Source: Selaginella moellendorffii (taxonomy: Eukaryota > Plantae > Lycopodiophyta). Taken from it: a DNA stretch of 6,491 nt. Location: contig NW_003314685.1 of NCBI RefSeq assembly GCF_000143415.4, positions 1 to 6,491 on the forward strand, written 5' to 3'. The number at the start of each line of letters is the position of its first letter. The first letter of the stretch is position 1. Below the pieces are notes generated by a model that worked only from the letters and a program-made list of their open reading frames with translations, did not search any database and was not told the origin of the DNA. The position numbers and the translations under genes are program-made. This document shows, piece after piece, positions 1 through 6,491 of this stretch.

Positions 1-56
1 AAAGTGATCGTCCCCTCTTGCGAACTAGCGGAACTGGTCTCGGTCCGGTTGACTTT

Positions 57-490
57 GGACTCCATCTCGGGTTGATCTCAGACTCCATCTCGGACTCCAT
101 CTCGGAGTCATCTTGGACTCCATCTCGGACTCCACCTCGGACTCCATCTCGGGTCCATCTTGGGTCCATCTCGGGTCCCATCTCGGGTCCATCTTGGGTC
201 CATCTCGGGTCCATCTCGGACTCCATCTCGGACTCCATCTCGAACTCCATCACGGACTCCATCTCGAACTCCATCTCGGACTCCATCTCGGACTCCATCT
301 CGGGTCCATCTTGGACTCCATCTCGGACTCCACCTCGGACTCCATCTCGGGTCCATCTCGGGTCCCATCTCGGACTCCATCTCGGACTCCATCTCGGACT
401 CCACCTCGAACTCCATCTCGGGTCCATCTCGGACTCCACCTCGGACTCCATCTCGGGTCCATCTCGGGTCCCATCTCGGGTCCATCTCGG
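57..490. repeat. 11/12-bp minisatellite (GGACTCCATCTC / GGGTCCATCTC / GGGTCCCATCTC) in the host LTR
   Basis: Directly visible tandem array of ~430 bp with variant units. Confidence 0.97.
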
Positions 491-504
491 GTCCCTTTTT
501 GGAG

Positions 505-509
505 CCTCG
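505..509. repeat. Left 5-bp target-site duplication CCTCG
   Basis: ggagCCTCG|tgtaag; identical to 2150-2154. Confidence 0.92.
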
Positions 510-1377
510 TGTAAGCGACTAATTTTTCCATTCTAATTTAGTCACTTAACCACACCTCCGACCACTTGGAGGAGTCTCATTCATAGCCTCCATAAGTCCA
601 ACTCAGGACTTGGGGCTTGCTAGCCCCGAGAATGGCATCCATGCCACTCAACCTTAGCACTTGGTCCAAGTGCTCCACGTGTCCGATCCCATGATCGACA
701 CCCCAAGGTACCACCGACGTATCAGCCCGTTACGCTAAGGCCATGCCCAATTACCTTGGTCACACTGGTGGTCCAACACCACCTGCATTCCAATCCCGTC
801 TCTCAAAGACTGGGTCATCCGTCCATGAGGGATCATCCCAGATCCACTCCTTAACATCCTTAGGATGCCTACAGACATGGGGAATAGCCTTCCCCAATAT
901 CTCTGTTCCGGTCCCCACCAAGTCCCTTTCTGTCCTTGGCTGTGTTCGCCAACACTGCCACTGGATCAAGGCCCACCGGCCCGACCACTAAGTCCCACTA
1001 TCCTCGAGGACTTCCTCACTGTGTGACTGTGTCTTTGGTCACCCCACCAAAGGGCTACCCCTCTTCCTTTCCACAGTCTGGGACTTTGGGACACCATCTC
1101 GGAACACCGTGGCCTTACGCGAGCCACCTGGGTACTCTCCCCACCTTTCGCCTTTAGGTGCTCTAGCCATGGGCTTAGAGCGAGGTTCCGTTGAGCCACG
1201 CCTGATATCCAAGTAGGTAGTGCCACCCACACTTGGACTGGGAGCATCGGCCAGTCGATCTCCCGGGGGAACTAGAGCCGGCTCTTGAACACTTCACCAA
1301 GCTACCCCGCTTGTCGATCCGTGTTCACTCTAGTTTTGGACTTCCCAGTGGGTAGCTCATCACCCAACACTGGGTCC

Positions 1378-1415
1378 GGCCTTCCTGGGCCAAACTGGCC
1401 TTTCCTGGCCAAACT
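1378..1415. repeat. 19-bp tandem duplication
   Basis: ggccttcctgggccaaact / ggcctttcctggccaaact. Confidence 0.8.
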
Positions 1416-1432
1416 GGCTCCACTGCAGTCCT

Positions 1433-1446
1433 CCCCCTACTATACT
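1433..1446 (-). promoter_or_regulatory. Possible degenerate TATA-like element of the LTR promoter
   Basis: Minus AGTATAGTAGGGGG is the only TATA-like word I found just downstream of the U3 repeat arrays. It resembles the TATAAATAGGG-type context of many plant LTRs but is non-canonical. Confidence 0.3.
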
Positions 1447-1514
1447 TTTGGAGCTCACCAAACCCCCCAGGGTCTGGGAGACGAACGCTTTGGGCTTTCA
1501 CCCTCTCAGGCTCC

Positions 1515-1592
1515 GGACTCGGACTCGGACTCGGACTCGGACTCGGACTCGGACTCGGACTCGGACTCGGATTCGGACTCGGACTCGGACTT
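1515..1592. repeat. (GGACTC)13 hexamer microsatellite
   Basis: 13 in-phase units, two with a single substitution. Confidence 0.97.
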
Positions 1593-1682
1593 GGGCTCGG
1601 CCTCGGTCTCGGTCTCGGTCCCGATCTTGGTCTCGGTCTCGGTCTCGGTCCCGGTCTCGGTCTTGGTCCCGGTCTCGACTTT
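1593..1682. repeat. Degenerate (GGTCTC)n hexamer tract, 15 units
   Basis: In phase with the preceding GGACTC tract; variants include GGTCCC, GGTCTT, GATCTT and GACTTT. Confidence 0.95.
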
Positions 1683-1916
1683 GGACTCCATCTCGGGTCC
1701 ATCTCGGACTCCAACTCGGACTCCATCTCGGACTCCATCTCGGGTCCATCTCGGGTCCATCTCGGACTCCACCTCGGACTCCGTCTCGGGTCCATCTCGG
1801 GTCCCATCTCGGGTCCATCTCGGGTCCATCTCGAACTCCATCTCGGACTCCATCTCGGACTCCATCTCGGACTCCACTTCGGACTCCAACTCGGGTCCAT
1901 CTCAGGTCCATCTCGG
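1683..1916. repeat. 11/12-bp minisatellite in the solo LTR
   Basis: Same units as 57-490 but only ~230 bp long. Confidence 0.97.
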
Positions 1917-2095
1917 ACACTTCCACGTGTCATGTGTTGGTCCCTTTGGGTCCCTTTTTGGAGCCTCGCTTATTGCTCGCTTTGTGCTCGTTCCTTGAAC
2001 ACTTTGTTGGGAGTTCCACTCCCGCTCTTGACTTTTCAAGTCGGAGCTTTTGGTCCAAACGTGTTACGCTCGTTTGGCTCTCGCTTCGGCCACTA

Positions 2096-2104
2096 CCACG
2101 TGGC
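2096..2104. promoter_or_regulatory. G-box/ABRE-like CCACGTGGC in U3
   Basis: CACGTG at 2097-2102, conserved in the host copy at 2283-2288. Further CCACGTGTC at 1923-1931 and 675-683. Motif match only. Confidence 0.45.
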
Positions 2105-2149
2105 GCCCTTCCAGCTCCACTTTGGGGCCTAGGGATTTTGTGTCTCACA

Positions 2150-2154
2150 CCTCG
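2150..2154. repeat. Right 5-bp target-site duplication CCTCG
   Basis: ctcaca|CCTCGcttatt. The uninterrupted site gagCCTCGcttatt is visible once inside the solo LTR at 1961-1974. Confidence 0.92.
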
Positions 2155-2335
2155 CTTATTGCTCTCTTTGTGCTTGTTCCTCGAGCCCTTCGTTAGGAGT
2201 TCCACTCCCGCCCTTGACCTTTCAAGGCGGAGCTTTTAGTCCAAACGTGTTATGCTCGTTTGGCTTTCACTTCGGCCACTACCACGTGGTGCCCCTCCGG
2301 CTCCACTTTGGGGCCTAGGGATTTTGTGTCTCACA
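2150..2335 (-). repeat. Host 3' LTR, U3-start fragment
   Basis: 186 nt colinear with 1964-2149 (17 substitutions, no indels, ~91%). Plus strand ends tctcaca next to the PPT. Confidence 0.93.
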
Positions 2336-2347
2336 ACTCCACCACCC
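2336..2347 (-). other. Polypurine tract (imperfect)
   Basis: Plus actccaccaccc = minus GGGTGGTGGAGT, directly abutting the LTR start TGTGAGACAC (2335). Confidence 0.8.
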
Positions 2348-3505
2348 ATAGACGAAGTTCGATGTCCTCATCGAACAATAAACTATTTTATAAAGTAACA
2401 CCCACACGTGTTACCATTTCCATCCTTGGCACCTAGCCAATATTTGTCTATGGTTTGACACCAAAGGCTCACCATGCCTTGTCCATCCTCTAAGGAGCAT
2501 AGTCTCTCCAACATAGAGACTCATTTGGCCACCTGGGGTGGTTTGCTCCCTTTTTATTGGTTCAGTTCTCGCTAAACCCGTTAGAGACATTGTCTCTAAC
2601 TCAATTCCACTACTCATTCTCGAGTAGTCTCAGATTCTATTGACATAACCTTTGCACTTTGGAATGTTTACTTTTGACTTCTTGAAGTCAATTTCCTAGG
2701 TGTCTTCGACACCTTGCATTGCACATATTGTGCAAGTCCACTTCCCTATCCTAGGAAGTTCTCTACTTGAGGGCACCATCATCCTCTTTTCTATTTTGTG
2801 CCACCCTTGGCACTACGTTCCCATTTATCATCATTTGTGCCAGGGCTGCCCACAGCTCTATCCTTTGGCTACTTTGCCGCTCTTCATTTGGAGCTTTTAC
2901 TTCACCCAATTGGAGCACTTGGGAATCTATCCTTGGAAGTCCACTTCCTTTCCCGCAATCCGTTAGCATCAAACACATTAGTGTTCCTTGGCTAACTTTG
3001 CCATTTGGATTCCCCCCATTAAATTCCATGGCCCAAACTTGGCCACTAGTCTTTTGCTCCTATCCATTGATTGTTGCATCAAGCAACACAGGATCACTAC
3101 CTCCCTCCCTGAGGTATTCTTTTGGTTCCATGGCAAAGCTCCACTTTGCCTAGTCCCGAGGGTGCTCATCCCTAGTAAGTCTCTTTAGCATTTTCTGCTA
3201 TAGGCCCCTTCCACGGCCCAACTTTGTGACCCTCCCATGGGTCTCTCCAAGAGACTACTTTGAACTCACAATACCATTGTATTGTCATAATTCATTTCCT
3301 TAGGTGTCCTTCCCTCTTGGTCACCTTGACCAAGCCACACCATTATCAATAGTTTAAATCAACATTTTGAACTAGGAACCTTGTTCCTTAACCTCACAAG
3401 GACCTTGTCCTTGTTTTGGCCATAAGATCACCTAGTGATCTAACCTTGGCACCTTAACAGGTTTGCCAATAGGTGCTAAGTCTTCTAGACCTTTAAGTTG
3501 TTGAC

Positions 3506-3803
3506 CATGACCCCGGGGGCATCCCCCACACTTGGCGGTGCACCCAAGCCAGCCCTTACGGCCAAGGGTCCATAGCAACTGAGATTAGGTGTCCCCATCT
3601 CACTCACCACGTCCTTGGTGCCACTTGCATCAAAGTGTTCAAGTTAGATATGCCGAGCTTTCACACTAAGCAATCTAACTGTGCATCACGACTCCGAGGC
3701 ATCCCTCGCTTGGCGGTGTGCCCAAACCAGTCTCCCCACTGAGAGTCCATGACCACCGAAATATGAGTGTCCTCATATTCCAAACCATCACCACGCCCTA
3801 GTG
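3506..3803. repeat. Diverged direct repeat with ~180-bp period (two copies)
   Basis: Shared anchors ggcatccc (3518/3698), cttggcggtg (3531/3709), gtccat, gtgtcc and tcaccacg (3604/3788). Confidence 0.8.
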
Positions 3804-3853
3804 AGTTGGGACTCGAACCCAAGCACTAGAGGGTTGGGACTCGAACCTAACCT
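3798..3853 (-). repeat. 28-bp tandem duplication, each unit holding a perfect B-box / tRNA T-loop motif GGTTCGAGTCCC
   Basis: Units are 23/28 identical; plus gggactcgaacc at 3808-3819 and 3836-3847. Confidence 0.85.
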
Positions 3854-4451
3854 CCGTATATGCATCTACGGATGGCATCACCCAGGATGCCTGGCGTAAC
3901 TCCCCACGCCGGTGCACCAACTTTTATTTAAAGCGCGCTACAGATCACAGCTTAGGAACCTAGTTCCTTCGCACTGCCAAGTCCTCTCACTTGACATGTC
4001 TGTGATCATGCATGGACTCCTCCATGCTTGGCCCCATGGGCCACCCTTTTTGAAGTTAGCACCTTCAACTAGGGTATTTGTTCCCCTTGACTTACCAATC
4101 TCACTTAGCAAGTCATCCGGCCACCGTAACATGGTTCATGCATAAGCGTGAAAGTCCTTAACCATCGACTTTCGTTCAAAGCCCTCTCTTTGAACACTCG
4201 GGAACTACTTCCCCAACCTTGATAGCCTTGCCTCATGGCAAGCTTCAAGACCACGCTTCTGCTGCGCCACTCTGATTTTGCGCGTTCTATGAACCATTTA
4301 CACTTGGCTTTCTAGGCATCCAATTACCTAGAATTGTCTTTGGGAACCTTTCGAAGGAACTCTGTCCCCTTAGCTTGCTAAGGCCTCTCCTTTCGCAAGC
4401 TTTTCAATTGCCATATAGTCTAACATGGACAATCCCATGTTTTTGACTCTC

Positions 4452-4499
4452 CATGGCATCCCGGTCGCTAGTAACAACATGCTTGAGCGCCCACTTGAT
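4452..4499 (-). pseudogene. Possible vestige of gypsy integrase core (IKWALKHVVTSDRDAM)
   Basis: Hand translation of the minus strand. The W-x7-SDRD spacing matches the WG(L/V)PxxIVSDRD motif of plant gypsy integrases, but the flanks are not recognisable. Confidence 0.3.
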
Positions 4500-6375
4500 T
4501 CTCCACTCCCTACTTGCATAACCACCCTTGGTCATGCCTGTCAATTCCTATGGTTCAGTTCTATCCCTTTATTACTTGCCTTTTGGCCTCATACATTTCC
4601 TTCGGTCATTCTTCTCCAGACTAGGAAGATAACTTTGCACTTTCTACCATGCTTTGGCAAGTATTCATAGGGATGAACCTACCCGACAACCTAGGAGTGG
4701 TTCCTCAATCCGGGATTGCTTACCTTGTAATCCCATACCCTAGGATTACTGTTGCTACTTGTGGGCATTTATATGCCCATCCCTAGCCTTGCCAAAATCC
4801 TTTGTCCAATTTGGGTAGATGAACTTCTCCCGTCTCCACAACCTTGGACATTTGGATAGCACCTTCTATCCTTCATTTGCTAAGGACTTTGTCCCTTGGG
4901 CATTATCCATTGCCCTCATGACACCAAACACCACCTTCTGGTGTTTTAGAGTGCTTGGGTGTCCCAATGATGGCATCTTTGGCAATGAACATTCCCTTTA
5001 CGACATTGACTTACTATCTCGCAACATAAGCAATTTATCCCTCATAAGGGTATATCTAACTTCTTTACCCCAATAAGAAGTCTTAGGTAGTTACGTTCTA
5101 CCAGTTTAACCAATTACTTTGCTCCTTTTGCTTAGTTGCCTCATAGTTGTCAAGTCCTCCAACTCATTGCTGGTGCTTCCACACCTCCATCATTATCTGG
5201 GTCACCACACTCTAATCGCATGCCTTCTAGCTTAGGCTATGCCATTCCCATTTCCATTGGGATTCCTTTGGACGGGGTTCTCATGAACCCGCCAACTTGA
5301 CCTCAAGGCAGCACGCCTTGGCACCTTCGGTGTCTTCGCACCATCGGCTCCACGAGCCTACCTTTATGACACTTCTTACTTGTGTCTAGGTCTTTTTGCC
5401 AAGACCAATATGGTTGTCTCTTATTGCAATTATCCATTAGCACTGCACCATAGAGTTTATGCACAACTTTGTGTCAAAGTTGTTTTCTGTCGAGAAACTC
5501 TTTCCCACGACTTTAGCATGGCACTTTTTGCCATCAATGAGATACCTACTGTTCTCATACTTGGATCTTAAGATCCTCCCCATCCTTCTTGGGGCACCAC
5601 ACACCTCAGTCTAAATGCTTTTTACCAATCCTTTAGGATCATCCCTTGACTCTACTCGAGTCATCTAGCATTTTCGGACTTTGCCAATCCGATAAACCAT
5701 AAGATCCTACTTTTGAGGCGCTAGCTCACTAGAATACAACTCCTTGTATTCATGTCCTACTCACAAGGACCATCTTTGCAAGTGTTACTCTGACACTTGA
5801 TTTGTTCTCTAGGGGCAACCTCTTACCCCTTATGACCACTTGTCCATGTGATGAGAATACCAACTCATCCTCTAAGTACACCCCCAACTCCTTGGGTTGT
5901 TCCATCATTTATTAAAGGTAGCCCCGGCTACCATTTCAAGGACTTGTGTCCTCTTCCATATTTGACCTCCCACGGTCATCAATTCCGGTCTCACCTTCAT
6001 GAGCACCAGCCTCAACTATGTGAGGATAAACTTGTGACTCCTTTATTGTTTTTGGAGTCTCTATCTTCCCCGTGATCCCAACTATAGTTGTTTACCACAA
6101 CTACATTAGCCCGTTTGCTGAGTCAAACGCTCATCTGGATCACCTCCTCAACTCAATGAGGAAAACCTTGCACCGTTCCCAAGATCCCAAAGTCGTTCCA
6201 TTATTGGCCCATTTTCTATCCACCACCTTGTCTACAAGTTCACACATGAACTGTAATGGAGAGCCATGTCTTCCTGACCTGCTACTCCTCAAGGATAGGC
6301 CCACTCCTCGGACCTTCCGTTGCCAACACTAGTGGTGATATACTTGAGCACCAATAAAAGTCGGACTAAGGAACA

Positions 6376-6387
6376 GCTCTGATACCA
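6376..6387 (-). other. Primer-binding site complementary to the 3' end of initiator tRNA-Met
   Basis: Plus gctctgatacca = minus TGGTATCAGAGC, the canonical plant tRNAi-Met PBS, separated from the LTR CA by ATT. Confidence 0.96.
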
Positions 6388-6390
6388 AAT

Positions 6391-6491
6391 TGTAAGCGAC
6401 TAATTTTTCCATTTTACTTTAGTCACTTAACCGCACCTCCGACCACTTGGAGGAGTCTCATTCACAACCTCCATAAGTCCCTCTCAGGACT
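6391..6491 (-). repeat. 5' LTR, U5 end (truncated by window edge)
   Basis: tgtaagcgactaatttttcc... matches 510-610 at 94/101 nt (hand alignment). On the minus strand it ends ...GTCGCTTACA, 3 nt before the PBS. Confidence 0.95.

Larger units (their letters stand above)
36..509 (-). repeat. Host 3' LTR, continuation beyond the nested insertion
   Basis: gactttggactccatctc... array followed by gtccctttttggagcctcg, homologous to ~1671-1968 of the solo LTR. Joins seamlessly to 2155 (cttattgctc) once the insert and one TSD copy are removed. Confidence 0.88.
510..2149 (-). mobile_element. Solo LTR (1640 bp) of the same family nested in the host 3' LTR
   Basis: Plus strand begins tgtaag and ends ctcaca (imperfect terminal inverted repeat TGT(A/G)AG). 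Flanked by CCTCG on both sides, with no PBS or PPT adjacent. Confidence 0.93.
2348..6375 (-). other. Non-coding, hairpin-dense internal domain
   Basis: Lies between PBS and PPT. Only ORFs of 128 aa or less, with no recognisable gag CCHC, protease D(T/S)G or RT YxDD context. More than 30 short inverted repeats seen by eye. Confidence 0.85.
36..6491 (-). mobile_element. Non-autonomous LTR retrotransposon (LARD-like, probably Ty3/gypsy-derived); 5' LTR runs off the window, outer part of the 3' LTR not seen
   Basis: Two related LTR ends with TG...CA termini, PBS TGGTATCAGAGC next to one LTR, purine-rich tract next to the other, and ~4 kb of internal sequence with no minus-strand ORF of 100 aa or more in the ORF track. 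Confidence 0.92.

Noticed and set aside
57-490. CRISPR-like array
   Set aside because: Units abut with no unique spacers, no cas genes are present, and the context is a eukaryotic retroelement.
18-536. Overlapping 93-172 aa ORFs on both strands
   Set aside because: They are translations of the 11/12-bp minisatellite, which lacks stop codons in most frames. Low complexity, no domain.
1285-2239. ORFs of 127-263 aa with SD-, RT/RS-, SP- or ES-dipeptide runs resembling SR proteins, Sdr adhesins or extensins
   Set aside because: These are products of the (GGACTC)n and (GGTCTC)n tracts inside an LTR, open in nearly all frames; 1448-2239 even crosses the insertion junction.
1964-2335. Apparent 186-bp tandem duplication
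   Set aside because: Explained by the nested solo LTR plus TSD, not by local duplication.
510-2335. Hammerhead ribozyme (retrozyme) in the LTR
   Set aside because: No CTGANGA...GAAA core seen on either strand by eye, and the LTR and element are much larger than typical retrozymes. An Infernal search would be definitive.
3796-3919. Bona fide tRNA gene or tRNA-derived SINE
   Set aside because: T-arm motifs are present, but I could find no acceptor stem, D-arm/anticodon geometry, poly(A/T) tail or TSD.
4950-5070. Possible gag (LDI...DKL) and integrase zinc-finger (CH...GHP) traces
   Set aside because: They require frameshifts and have inconsistent spacing, so they are indistinguishable from chance by eye.
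2411-6332. Short ORFs (63-128 aa) in the internal domain as gag/pol or antisense genes
   Set aside because: No recognisable motifs, lengths expected by chance, and mostly antisense to the element.

Overview
The window is almost entirely one plant-type LTR retrotransposon on the minus strand. Read along the element: the end of the 5' LTR (6391->6491, truncated by the window), a tRNA-iMet primer-binding site (6376-6387), a ~4.0-kb internal domain with no gag/pol ORF, a polypurine tract (2336-2347) and a 3' LTR (2335 down to about 36 or beyond). The 3' LTR is interrupted by a 1640-bp solo LTR of the same family and orientation (510-2149), flanked by a perfect 5-bp target-site duplication CCTCG. 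The LTRs carry hexamer and 11/12-mer tandem arrays, which generate all the long low-complexity ORFs; no credible protein-coding gene is present. The most unusual feature is that the non-coding internal domain and the PBS-proximal LTR part are tiled with dozens of short hairpins. Several have GGAG or G-rich loops on the element's sense strand, and a five-hairpin cluster contains two tRNA T-arm/B-box motifs. This suggests a non-autonomous (LARD-like) element whose RNA acts as a structured parasite of a partner's Gag/RT, a hypothesis that needs shuffling and covariation tests. The host species cannot be determined from the window.
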